From the NCBI GenBank assembly GCA_964016885.1, contig OZ024741.1, positions 325,314,001 to 325,378,000 on the forward strand: DNA of 64,000 nt, read 5' to 3'. Of the stretch, positions 22,850 through 35,900 are shown one piece after another (within the stretch, counting starts at the first letter, position 1; the number at the start of each line of letters is the position of its first letter). This DNA is from Eledone cirrhosa. Its lineage: Eukaryota. Made by a program: the position numbers and the translations under genes. The notes under the pieces were generated by a model. That model made no database searches, was not told the origin of the DNA, and saw nothing but the letters and a program-made list of their open reading frames with translations.

Positions 22850-22927
22850 AATTAATGCATGCAAGATTCTACAGCTCTAGCATCACTCCTTCAGAGATAG
22901 CCAATGAACTTTTCAGCTGACCCTCGG
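22850..22927 (-). mobile_element. Partial second copy of the mariner-type MITE
   Basis: Reverse complement reads CGAGGGTCAGCTGAAAAGTTCAT..GAAGGAGTGATGCTAGAG, matching 23042-23095. Confidence 0.7.
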
Positions 22928-23039
22928 ACACACACGCGTTTGACGAAATGTGAAATATAGATTATTTGTTTCTTAGTTTGAACACGATTAAAAAAAGAAG
23001 CAAATAAACAATCCAAACGCCACGACTTACATATACCTA

Positions 23040-23241
23040 TAAGAAGGTGGCTGAAAAGTTCATAGGCTGACTATGAAGGAGTGATGCTAGAGTTGTGAAA
23101 TCGCGCAGACATTATTTTCAACTCTTCTTATTAATAAATGCACTGTTTCTTTCCAGGGACTATGTTGAAAAATAAACATCATTTTGGTCATTCCACGAGA
23201 GTATCTTGGTCAGCCTATGAACATTTCAGCCGACCCTTGTA
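23040..23241. mobile_element. Tc1/mariner-type MITE (~200 bp)
   Basis: ~30-bp TIRs (GGCTGAAAAGTTCATAGGCTGAC / GTCAGCCTATGAACATTTCAGCC) flanked by TA. Confidence 0.8.
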
Positions 23242-23922
23242 TACACAACTAATAGACAATTGCATAAATAGACACTGTACACATATTACACAAACTATCT
23301 ACAATACAATAGAAAAATATAAAAGTTAAACAAAACATTACCGAGACTCAACGCCATAGAACAGCGCTCACTTAGAAGTAATTCCTCCTCCCCATAAACA
23401 TGCACTAAAAACATAAGACTAATGGATGACAATAATATTAACAATAACGGTTTCTTTTTTCTTATAAAATGTGACTTGCTCAACTTGGACCGAATAATGT
23501 TTATTTTTATATAAGACATATCAATAGTCATGAATTCTTTTATATTTAAAAAAATGTATTTTTTTTAAATTTTGTTTTACAATGATAATAATGCTGCTGC
23601 TGCTGATGATGATGATGAGGATAATATTTTGTTCTCAACGACTAGAAACCGGAAGTAAACAGTTTTCTTTCAAATTGAATTCTCCTCCATTTTCTTTTGA
23701 ACTTTATTGGAACATTGAATAAATGTCACGCTCTGTTATAGCACTTCCTGTTGTGTAAGTTATGGGAGTTGTGAGAGTAAATGTGCGTGTGTGTTTCTGT
23801 GTGAAGGAGTGTTTATGTTTCTGTGTGTAAATGTGCATCTTATGTGAAGATGCGTGCTTAGTGTTTATGGTCTTCAGTTCCCGATCGTAAGGTCGTGAAT
23901 TCAATTTCAGGCGTAGTAGTTT

Positions 23923-23923
<1 letters not shown>

Positions 23924-23982
<59 letters not shown>
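23924..23982 (+). repeat. (TATC)n at the 5' boundary of the second array
   Basis: Pure tandem repeat following unique flank. Confidence 0.98.
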
Positions 23983-23983
23983 A

Positions 23984-25332
23984 GACAGACGGAATTACGA
24001 ACTGTCGTATTCCGAACAATTTTAAATAAAACAAAGAAACCAGCGCAACCATCTCAAGCGGAAATTCAGTTAGTCTTGAAAGACGCGATGAGAGACATCA
24101 CTTTCATACAAAAGGATAAACTCTATGGGAGTTTATCCATATTGATGAAAGACGAATTGGCGGCAAAAAAATACTCTGTGTCGCCAATTCGGTCCACACA
24201 CTACACCTTCTTCCCCACCTACATGGGTAAAAAAACCCAGAGGATATGGATAACCACCATCACCCCAAACATAAACTACTGGTGGTTACTAACCGGTTTC
24301 CTCAATTTAGACGAGGACAACCTCATCTCAATAGGGAAGGCATCCGGCGACGCGTTCAGTGGAACGAGCCTCGAAGTTCTGACCCAAATAAGGCCAGAAC
24401 GCATCGCCCAAATCCCTGAGCGCGTCATGCTGGATGACCGTACCCACCTCAACATTATTGTGGAGGGTAGGCGTCACTCCTGTTACCTCTGTGGCAATAG
24501 AGGCCACCTGAGGGCTGCCTGTCCCCAGCTCACACAGAAAAAAACACTGCTACCAACACCAACACCACCCCAACTACAACAACAAAAACAACCACAACAA
24601 CAACAAAAACCAACAACCCCACCACCACCACCACAACAACAACAACAACAAACACGTGAAAAAATAACACAGAATACTGTCCCACCCAATCCCTCCCCAC
24701 CCAAAACAAATACAAAAACACGCACACCGCAAACACTACCAGAAAACATACCCCTCCCACCCAACAAGGAAGACGAACCTCTTTCGTCGCAAGACGAAAA
24801 AGATCCCTTCCAACAAGTAAAAAGAAAGAAGAGGAGACGCACCACAGACACACATGTTAACTTTAATCCCCCCCAAGAGAACACAAACTACACACAAACC
24901 ACCCCTCCCTGTCACACAACACTAACTGCTACACAAAAAAAGACCTTACAATACACATACATGAACACAGACAACAAAGAATTACGGAAAACAATTTCAG
25001 CAAACCCTTCGGTCCAAACTGAAGGGCCAAACTTTATAACTGCTGTGGGACTACCTCATTTGAAAATGATAAAAGTCCCAATGCACTTGTACAAAACACT
25101 GAAAATAAATTTCACGGAGGACGTGGGCCCCCCCTGCGCCAAACCAATCAACCGCGTCCTCCTAAAAAATTTCACCCCCCCACCCCACCCAGACACCCAC
25201 TCAACGACAAACACCCCAACCCCACAACACACCGATGCCCCTTCACTTCCACAAACCACAACCCCACCCAACAACCCATCCCCAACCAGCATGGAAATTG
25301 AGCGGCCCGTTTCCCGGGACGCAGAGAGGTAA
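23984..25332 (+). CDS. ORF1p, N-truncated (RRM-like region, CCHC knuckle, Pro/Gln/Thr linker, basic motif, conserved C-terminal domain)
   Basis: CYLCGNRGHLRAAC (CX2CX4HX4C), KRKKRRR; homologous to the ORF1s of E4, E8, E9, E10. Confidence 0.88.
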
Positions 25333-25356
25333 GTGCCTTTTCTCTTTACCACCAAC

Positions 25357-28300
25357 ATGGCTGTGCTAAGAGTAGGGTGTCTAAATGCGCGTGGCCTGGG
25401 CTCGTCTTGGAAGCAAGCAACGCTTCTAAATGACCTCAGGTCACAATCTATAAATGTGATGGTTATCTGCGAGGCCCGGATCAGCTAGCCCCCACCTTTG
25501 ACGACTTTGAGATGCACGCATCTCTCTGTCAGCCCGGAGGTGGGGGTGGGGTTGTCGTTCTGCTGCAAAAACATATGGGCCTTGCAACACAGATAGTTCA
25601 CTTGGACCCAGGGGGTCGACTGGTGGTGCTGGACCTTGGCAGTGGTGAAGGTAGAGCCTTTAGGCTGATAGCCGCATATGCCCCTTTTGGGACAGAGCGG
25701 CCCGACTTTTTCCAGCGTCTGGAGTCTTTTCTAGGGACGTCCCGTTCCCTGCTTTTAGTGGGGGATTGGAATGGTATCCTGGATGCACGTTGGGACTATG
25801 CAGGGGCATGTCCCGATAGAGAGGGGTGCAACAGCCTCAAGGAGTTACTCGGCCGATTTGACCTGGCCGATAGATTTCGACTAGATTTTCCGACGGTGCC
25901 AACCTGGTCTTGGTCAAATCGCAGCGGATCATCTAGATCGCACCTAGATAGATTTTTAGTTAGAAATAAGGACAGGGACTTTTTAAGTTGTCCAGAAATG
26001 CTCATGGTTGGCTATTCAGACCACAAGTTGGTGACCTGCATGGTCAACCTTGATAGAACGCATAGACAGGGCCCCGGTTACTGGAAGCTCAACTTGTCCT
26101 TGCCGGCAAGTAGAGCCTACAGGAATCGGATTAGTACGTTAGTTAAGGAAAGGTTGACTGGAGCGATCGTCAACAGCAGGTGGTGGGTATCTCTAAAGAG
26201 AGAGATTAGAGTAGTCTCGATTGAATTTAGTAAGGTTCTAGCTGCGGATAGGAATAGGAAGGAAAGGGAGCTAATAGATAGAGTAGAAGAGGCAATTAGA
26301 AGCGGCGACGTGGCCAGAGTGCTAGCGTCGAGAACGGCTTTGAGCCAGTTTTTCGACGCGAAGCACGAAGGCTGCGTTGTCCGAAGTAAAATACGTGCTC
26401 TAGGGAACGAGGGGGCCAAAGCTGTTAGCTGGGCCCGCGTGACAGAGGCCAACAGTGGAACTAAATCCACCATCCGGTCTTTGCGAGACCTGGATGGACG
26501 GGCGATTCTTGAGCCTAAGCAGATGTGTGAGGCCTTTCAAAGGCACTTTGCCCGACTGTTCGGGAGGGGCGGGGAGCCGGTTGGGAACGTGGACTTCGGT
26601 CCATACCTCGACGGCCTGCCGCGCCTCTCGGACAGGGAGGCGAAGTCCTGCGAGGAGCCGATTTCGGCCGCTGAGATAGAGGACGTGCTGAGCCAATGCG
26701 GCAAACGCAAATCCCCGGGTCTCGATGGTCTTCCTTACGAATTATATCTAGCTATGCCGGACTTGTTCCCCGATCTCCTCGAGGCGGTCTACTGCAACTG
26801 GCAACAGAACGGGAGAATTCCCTGTACTGTGACCAAGGGCGTAGTCACGCTAGTGAGGAAGGACGAGAACAAGGGGGACGAAATAAGTAACTTCAGGCCC
26901 ATAACTCTGCTAAATACAGAGTTACAGATTTTGGCCAAGGTGCTAGCAAAGAGGTTGGCGCTTGTCGTGGGCAACCTGGTGGGAGATGCGCAGACATGCG
27001 CTATCCCGTCCAGGTCCATCCATGACAACCTCCACCTCATGCGATACATCATAGAGAGGGTTGGGAACGAACCCGGCTTTGGTGGGGCTCTGATCAACTT
27101 GGATCAATCTAAGGCGTTCGATAGGGTCGACCATGGTTACCTGGATGCGGTGCTAGCGGCGGCAGGCTTCGGACCCGTTTTCAGGGGCTGGATCACTGCT
27201 ATGCACAGCAGCCGCATCTGCTCTAGGGTCAAGGTGAACGGCTACCTCTCGGAGCCGTTCAAAATCGCGCGGTCCATCCGACAAGGGTGCCCTCTCTCCT
27301 CCCTTCTGTATGTGTTGACTCTCGAGCCACTACTGCGGAAGTTGGAGTTGTTGCAGGGCATCCCTTTGGAACCGGGATTGCGGAAAGCGGTGTCAGCCTA
27401 CGCCGATGATGTGACAGTAATGGTGTCGACGGCCTCCGAAATCGAGGCGGTCGGCACCTTACTGGAGGAGTACGAAAAGTTCACAGGGGCTAAGCTGAAC
27501 CGGGACAAGTCGATCGGTTTGCAACTCGGCACGTGGAGGGGCAGATCGATGCCCTCCGATGGCGTCGTCGGACGCTGGACGGAGGGCCCGGTGAAGTTGC
27601 TCGGGGTCTGGTTCGGACCGGACCTCCAGGTGGAGAAAAACTGGGCGGAGGTTACGAACAGGGTGTTTGCACTGACCCAGAAGTGGGCCAGTTGCAAACT
27701 ATCCCTGAAAGGTCGGGCGGAGGTGGCGAACACTTATATAGCGTCCGTCATCTACTACCGCCTGACCGTAGTGCCCTGCCCAAGGGAAACCCTCACCAAG
27801 ATGGAGCGCGCGCTCTTCCAATTCCTTTGGAAGAGGCGGGCTCCTATGGTGAGGAGATCCATCTGCTGTCAACACCCTTCGAAAGGAGGGCTGGGGATGC
27901 CGTGGCTAATGATGCGTAAACACGCATTAAGGCTACGGCACCTCTACGTATTCCTCACCGGACAACCGGTGTGGGCCTCGTTTGTGTGACGAACCTTTCC
28001 CAGACTCGTCTCACTCACCGAGCTGCAATCCTGGGTCAAGCAAAGACCGAGAAAACTGGGCGCCTGGCACACTGAGTGTGCCCAGGCGCTCACCGCCCTC
28101 TGGCAGGCGGATCCGGTTATCAGTGGAGACTCCACCGCAACATTCTATAGAGGGCTGGTACGCAGCAGGTGCGACGACGCACTCGGAGAAGCCCTAGACA
28201 TGGAGGAGGACGAACTGGCCAGCCTGTTCGGTAGGACATTCAGCCTGGGACCTATGGACAACTTCCAGAAGTCCCTGGCCTGGCAGTGCTACCGAGGGGC

Positions 28301-28781
28301 TTTACCCGTTAGAGAAAGGCTCTACAGACACGGGCGCCCGGGTAGGGACCCCGCCAAAAAGATCTTTCCCAGATGCGTGTGCGACGAGGAAACCGTTGCA
28401 CACGCATTGGTACACTGCTCGGGCGTAGCCGATCTGTGGGGCTATGTCGAACAACTGCTGTCAAGGGTGGGACCGATCCGGTTGACCACCGAGTCTATTG
28501 TAATGATCAATCCGCCTCCCCCCTTCAAAGATGAAGCAGAGGCGGTGTTTCTGTGCGTAATAGCCATGGCGAAAGAGGTTGTATGGTGGACGCGTCTGAA
28601 AGGACTGAGGTCAGGCACCTTTCTCTCTGGCCAACAACTGGTCCGTTTCTTCCGATATCATTTCGGAAGAAGGATCAGGATGGAGAGAGAGGTGCTGCAC
28701 CCCAGTCGTTTTTATGAAAGGTGGGTGAAAGTGGCGAGAATGGCCCGTGTGAATGGGCCTTCTCTTTACATAAGCCTGTAG
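25357..28781 (+). pseudogene. Disrupted ORF2 (APE-RT-zinc finger) of E5
   Basis: Start MAVLRVGCLNARGL; GDWN, SHLDRFL, SDH, GPGYWKLN and RT motifs; two lesions. Confidence 0.9.
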
Positions 28782-29044
28782 GTGGAAAAGAGGAAGGAAC
28801 GAGGGAGCACCCCCTCTCTGTGCTCCTGAGGAAAAGGGTTGCACACTTTTTTCGGGGGTGTGTGCGACCCCCCAAGGCGCCTCCTCTCTATTGAGGATTT
28901 TGTTAAAAATTTTATTTTTTGTTATATCTTATTTTATTTTTATATTTTGTTATTGCCTCCTCCTTATTGAGGACGCCTTTTTGTGTAAACTCCCCCCTTT
29001 GTACTTGTCCCACTTTTGATGCCCTAGTGGCAAATAAAAGAAAC

Positions 29045-29076
<32 letters not shown>

Positions 29077-29083
29077 ATATCTA

Positions 29084-29207
29084 TGTCTCCCCCTATTGGA
29101 TAAATCGACTAATTTTTTAAATTGCATTTGTGATAATATTTTACATGTTTTTATTGTATGTAAACTTCCCCCTTTGTATTTGTCCCCTTCTTTTGTGCCC
29201 CTGTGGC
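29084..29207 (+). mobile_element. E6: short 3' UTR-only fragment of subfamily B
   Basis: Close match to E2 3' UTR 6285-6409; lacks AATAAA and tail, fused to E7. Confidence 0.88.
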
Positions 29208-32200
29208 CTCAGACACACAAATGAAAACAACCCCTCCCCAAAACATAACACCGACACCAACACAAAAGAGCACACAACAACAGCAAACAAAAACATGCAT
29301 ACACATACATAAACACAAGAAACAGAAAACTGTTAAACATTGTGTACAACAACAATTTAATAAAAACCCAAGGGCCTAACTTCACCCAGGCAGGGGATTT
29401 CCCCACCTCAAAATGATTAAGGCCCCAAAGGACACTTATAAAACTCTAAAAGACAACTTTAAAAAGGACGTATCTCTCTGTCAGCCCGGAGGTGGGGGTG
29501 GGGTTGTCGTTCTGCTGCAAAAACATCTGGGTCTCGCAACATAGACGGTACATTTGGACCCGAGGGTCGACTAGTGGTTCTGGACCTTGGCAGTGGTAAA
29601 GGCGGAGCGTTTAGGTTGGTAGCCGCCTACGGCCCTTTCGGGTCAATGCGGCCGGACTTCTTCCATCGTCTGGAGACTTTTCTAGGGACGTCCCGTTCCT
29701 TGCTATTAGTGGGGGACTAGAATGGTATCCTAGATGCACGTTGGGACTACGTAGGGGCCTGTCCCGATAGAGAGGGGTGTAATAGCCTCAAAGGGTTAAT
29801 CGGTCGATTTGACCTGGCCGATAGATATCGACTAGATTTTCCGACTGCGCCAACCTGGACTTGGGAAAATCGCAGCGGATCATCTAGGTCGTACCTAGAT
29901 ACGTTCTTAGTTAGAAATAAGGATAAGGACTTTTTAAGTTGTCCAAAAATGAGCATGGTTGGCTATTCAGACCACAAGTTAGTAAGCTGCATGGTCAACC
30001 TTGACAGAACGCATAGACAGGGACCCGGTTACTGGAAGCTCAACTTGTCCTTACCGGCAAGTAAGGCTTAAAGGGACCGGATTAGCACTTTAGATAAGGA
30101 GCGGTTGACGGGCGCCATCGTCAACAGCAGGTGGTGGGGATTTTTCAAATGAGAGATTAGAGTAGTCTCTATAGAATTTAGTAAGGAGTTAGCCTCAAAT
30201 AGAAATAGGAAGGAAAGGGAGCTGGTAGATAGTGTAGAAGAGGCAATTAGAAGCGGCGACGTGGCCAGACTGCTAGCGTCGAGAACAGCCCTGGGCCAGT
30301 TCTTCGACGCGAAACACGAAGGCTGCATCGTCCGAAGCAAAATACGTGCTCTGGGAAACGAGGGGACCAAAGCTGTTAGCTGGGCCCGCGTGACAGAAGC
30401 CAAAAGAGGGAGCAGATCCACTATCCGGTCTTTGCGAGACCAGGATGGACGGGTGATCCTTGAACCTAAGCAGATGTGCGAGGCTTTTCAAAAGCACTTT
30501 GCCAGATTGTTCGGAAGGGGCGGGGAGCCGGTTGGGGATGTGGACTTCGGTCCATACCTCGACGGCCTGCCACGTCTCTCGGACAGGGAGGCGAAGTCCT
30601 GCGAGGAGCCGATTTCAGCCGCTGAGATAGAGGACGTGCTGAGCCAATGCGGCAAACGCAAATCCCCGGGTCTCGATGGTCTTCCATACGAACTATATCT
30701 AGCTATGCAGGACTTGTTCCCCGATCTCCTCGAGGCGGTCTACTGCAACTGGCAACAGAACGGGAGAATTCCCTGTGCTGTGACCAAGGGCGTAGTCACG
30801 CTAATGAGGAAGGACGAGAACAAGGGGGACGATATAAATAATTTCAGGCCCATAACTCTGCTAAATACAGAGTTACAGATTTTGGCCAAGGTGCTAGCAA
30901 AGAGGTTGGCGCTTGTCGTGGGCAACCTGGTGGGAGAAGCGCAGACATGTGCTATCCCGTCCAGGTCCATCCACGACAACCTCCACCTCATGCGATACAT
31001 CATAGAGAGGGTTGGGAACGAACCCGGCTTTGGTGGGGCCCTGATCAACTTGGATCAATCTAAGGCGTTCGATAGGGTCGACCATGGTTACCTGGATGCG
31101 GTGCTAGCGGCGGCAGGCTTCGGACCCGTTTTCAGGGGCTGGATCAATGCCATGCACAGCAGCCGCATCTGCTCTAGGGTCAAGGTGAACGGCTACCTCT
31201 CGGAGCTGTTCGAAATCGCGCGGTCCATCCGACAGGGGTGCCCTCTCTCCTCCCTTCTGTATGTAATGACTCTAGAGCCACTGCTGCGGAAGTTGGAGTT
31301 GTTGCAGGGCATCCCGTTGGAACCAGGATTGCGGAAAGCGGTATCAGTCTACGCTGATGACGTAACAGTAATGGTGTCGACGGCCTCGGAAATCGGGGCG
31401 ATCGGCACCTTACTGGAGGAGTACGAAAGGTTTACAGGGGCTAAGCTGAACCGGGACAAGTCGATCGGTCTGCAACTCGGCACGTGGAGGGGTAGATCGA
31501 TGCCCTCCGATGGCGTCGTCGGGCGCTGGACGGAGGGCCCGGTGAAGTTGCTCGGAGCGCGCACTCTTCCAATTCCTTTGGAAGAAGCGGGCTCCTATGG
31601 TGAGGAGATCCATCTGCTGTCAACACCCTTCGAAAGGAGGGCTGGGGATGCCGTGGCTAATGATACGTAAACACGCATTAAGGCTACAGCACCTTCAGGT
31701 ATTCCTCTCCGGTCAACCGGTGTGGGCCCCGTTTGTGAGGCGAGCCTTTCCCAGACTCGTCTCACTTACCGAGCTGCAATCCTGGGTCAAGCAAAGACCG
31801 AGAAAACTGGGCGCCTGGCACACCGAGTGTGCCCAGGCGCTCACGGCTCTCTGGCAAGCGGACCCGGCTGTCAGTGGAGAATCGCCCTCGTCATTCTATA
31901 GAGGGCTGGTGGTTAGCAGGTGCGACGACGCCCTCGGAGAAGCCCTAGGCATGGAGGAAGACGAACTGGCCAACCTGTTCGGTAGGACATTCAGCCCGGG
32001 ACCCATGGATAACTTCCAGAGGTCCCTGGCCTGGCAATGCTACAGAAGGGCTCTGCCCATTCGCGAAAGGCTCTACAGACACGGGCGCCCGGGTAGGGAC
32101 CCCTCGAAAAAGATCTGTCCCAGACGCGTGTGCGACGAGGAAACCGTTGCACACGCATTGGTACACTGCTCGGGCATTGCCGATCTGTGGGGCTATGTCG

Positions 32201-32795
32201 AACAGCTGCTGTCAAGGGTGGGACCGATCGGGTTGACCACCGAGTCTATTGTAACGATCAAGCCGCCTCCCTTCTTCAAAAACGAAGAAGAGGCGGTGTT
32301 TCTGTGCGTAATAGCCATGGCGGAAGAGGTTGTATGGTGGACGCGTCTGAAAGGACTGAGGTCAGACACCTTTCTCTCTGGCCAACAACTGGTCCGTTTC
32401 TTCCGATATCATTTCGGAAGAAGGATCAGGATGGAGAGAGAGGTGCTGCACCCCAGCCGTTTTTATGAAAGATGGGTGAAAGTGGCGAGAATGGCTCGTG
32501 TGAATGGGCCTTCACTCTACATCAGACTATAGGTGAGGAAGATGAAAGACCAAGGGAGCACCCCTTCTCTGTGCTCCTGAGGAAAAGGGTTGCACACTTT
32601 TTTCGGGGGTCTTTGCGACTCCCCCAAGGCGCCTCCTCTCTATTGAGGATTTTGTTATATATTTTATTCTGTTATATTTTATTTTATTTTTATATTTTGT
32701 TATTGCCTCCTCCTTATTGAGGATGCCTTGTTTTGTAAACTCCCCCCTTTGTACTTGTCCCACTTTTGATGCCCTGGTGGCAAATAAAAGAAACA
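29208..32795 (+). mobile_element. Tx1-type copy E7 (subfamily C), with deletions
   Basis: ORF1 remnant 29208-29470 jumps into the endonuclease; ORF2 fragments 30261-31555 and 31597-32532; 3' UTR and AATAAA. Confidence 0.92.
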
Positions 32796-32922
<127 letters not shown>

Positions 32923-35900
32923 TAATCTAGCTGTCGTCTGTTCTACAGCGTAGATGTAATTCACTTCGCGCAGAAGTTTTGTTCAAATTTATTGCGGAAA
33001 TTTTGTAAGTTCAATTTTAATTTTGATACTATTGTGTAGCTTGAACCCCGTCTGAACTGTCAGGCGGTGGGTCAGCTCATCTTTACCCCTCCTAGGGGTG
33101 AAAAACCTGTTTTTAAAAATTTTGTGGCAAAAAAAATTTCAATCGTCTGACAGAAATGTTAAACGAAGCGAACGAAAATAGTAGTGGAGGACAGCGGTAA
33201 GAGTTGTAAGCTCGCACGCTTTAGTCCCCCCTTCCTTCCCAACTAACGTCATAGAGAAGGAAGGAAAAAATAAAATAAAAACAGACGAATCTGCGGAGAA
33301 AAATGACGAAAACACAAATCTGGACATGGATTCCAACAACGAAAAAAAAAAATTTGAAAAATTGCATGACAATATTAATACCACAAACAAAGACACAACA
33401 AACACAAAAATAACATTTGAAAACAACATCATAACAGAAAGCAAAGCAGACGACAAAGTCAATACCAATAATATTTCATTTGCACAAACAACAAAGAAAT
33501 CTTTAACATATATACCTGAAAATATTTCAGATGTGGCACAAAGAATTGCAGACGCCAAAAAATATATAACTGAAGGAGAAAATGGTATTTTATCGGTAAA
33601 AATGCCTCAAGAACTCACCAAAGACATTGAAAGTCGAACGGTCGTTATCCGCACCATCAACAACATTTCAAAAATACCTGAACAGCCAACTCAAACAGAA
33701 ATCAAAACAGTACTTACAGAAGTACTTAATGAAACCACTTTCATAAGAAAAGACAGACTGTATGGAAGCCTAGCGATTATTATGAAGAACGAATCGGCGG
33801 CAAAAAAATGTGCTTTGTCACCGATTCGTTCGAAAAATTTTACCTTTTATCCATCTTATATGGGTAAAAGAACTCAACGCATATGGCTGGATGCAATGAT
33901 GCCAGATGTGGACTACTGCTGGCTCATAGCTGGCTTCATCGATCCAGCGAATGACAACGTGATTTCCATTGGGAAAACCACAGGCAATGCGTTCAGTGGA
34001 ACAGGTATAGAACTTGTAGTGTAAATGAAGCCTGAACGCATCGCCCAAATACCCGACAGAATCCTATTAGCGGGCCACGGGTATATAAACATTAGCGTGG
34101 AGGGGAGAAGGCCGTCCTGTCATATCTGTGCAGGAAGAGGGCACCTGCAGGCGGCTTGTCCCCAACTCAACAAAAAGAAAACCCTGCTACCAACATCAGC
34201 TCCACCACCACCACCACCACCACCACCACCACAACAGATAAACAAACAACAAAACTCAGTCCCACCCAACCCGTCCCTCAGTAAAACTACACCACCACCA
34301 CAACACAAACAGTCACAACACATTACCCCAAAACAAAATACAGGCCCACCCAACCCCTCACTCAATAAAACAACACAACCACCGCAGCCACAACACACAA
34401 CACAGTCTAACATAGTGACATCCATCTCCCCCACAAAGAAAACCAACACGGAAACATTACCAGCAAACATACCTCTTCCCTCCAACACTGAAGATAACCC
34501 AACGAATTCGGAGGAAGAAACGGAGTCCTTCAGACAGATTAAAAGGAAAAAAAGAAAACATGTGCAAAACACACAAGGCCAAACAACCCCCACCCAAATG
34601 TCAACACAATCCAACAAAACACAAAACACCCCTCCAGCAACAAACAAAACCAAACCTACCCCTCCCCTCTTCGAAACACTCACACCATCCGAAAAAAAGA
34701 CATTACACTATACTTACATCAACAGAAACAATAATAAATTAAATGAACTCATAAACAATAATCCTTCGGTACAAACCGAAGGTGTAAACTTTGTTTCTTC
34801 AGAAAACTACCCACATTTAAAATTAATAAAGATCCCAATGAACGTCTGCCAAAAACTAAAAAAGGATTTTAAGGAGGACGTAAGTCCACCCTCTGTCAAA
34901 CCCATAAACCGCGTCCTACTAAAAAGCTTTCCCCCTCCCTTTCTCCTCCCCAACACAACTCCAAACACCCCAACCCCACCACACACTGACGACCCCACAC
35001 CACCACAAGACACCCCTTCACCCAACACCACCTACCCCATGGAAGTCGTGCGACCCGAACCCCGGGAAGCAGAAAGGTAGGTCTCTACACTCTCCTTTGG
35101 CTTTGCCGCCCACATGGATGTGTTAAGAGTAGGATGTTTGAATGCACGTGGCCTGGGCTCTACTTGGAAGCAAGCAAAGCTTCTAAATGACCTCAGGTCA
35201 TGTGGTATAAATGTAATGGTTATCTGTGAGACTCGGATCAGCGTCGTGCGGCAGCTGACCCCTACCTTCGATGAATTTGAGGTGCATGCATCTCCCTGTC
35301 AACCTGGAGGTGGGGGTGGGGTTGTCGTACTGCTGCAAAAACACCTGGGTCTTGCCGTACAGGTTGTTCACTCGGACCCGGAGGGTCGTTTGTTGGTGCG
35401 AGACGTTGGCAGTAGTGAAGGTGCGGCCTTGAGACTGGTCGCCGTCTACTCCCCTTTCGGAGCTGAACGGCCCGACTTCTTCCAGCGTTTGGAGACTTTT
35501 CTGGGAACGTCGCGTTCCCTGCTTCTAGCGGGGGATTGGAATGACATCCTAGATGCACGTTGGGACTATGCAGGAGCATGTCCTAATAGAGGGGGGTGTA
35601 ACAGCCTCAAGGGGTTACTCGACCGCTTTAACTTGGTCGATAGATATCGACTAGATTTTCCAACTGTGCCTACCTGGACTTGGACGAACCACAGTGGTCA
35701 ATCTAGATCGTACTTAGATAGATTCTTAGTTAGAAGTAAGGATAGGGACATATTAAGCTGTCCAGAAATGCTCACGGTTGGCTATATGGATCACAAATTA
35801 GTGACCTGCGTAGTCAATCTCGAGAAAACACATAAACAGGGTCCCGGTTACTGGAAACTTAATTTGTCTTTACCGGCAAAAGAGACTTACAGAAACCGGA

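Larger units (their letters stand above)
23983..29045 (+). mobile_element. Tx1-type copy E5 (subfamily A), 5'-truncated in ORF1
   Basis: ORF1 open to 25332; ORF2 25357-28781 with early frameshift (TAG 25486-25488) and a nonsense codon at 27987-27989; 3' UTR, AATAAA, then TATC 29046-29083. Confidence 0.95.

Noticed and set aside
25470-25495. Programmed ribosomal frameshift in the ORF2 5' end
   Set aside because: No slippery heptamer; E8 shows a continuous frame, so a deletion explains it.
28782-29020. Possible transmembrane ORF3 or coding exon in the 3' UTR
   Set aside because: Open for about 78 codons in E5's splice frame, but the frame is not conserved in E1/E3, E2, E4 or E10; the hydrophobicity reflects the T-rich tract.
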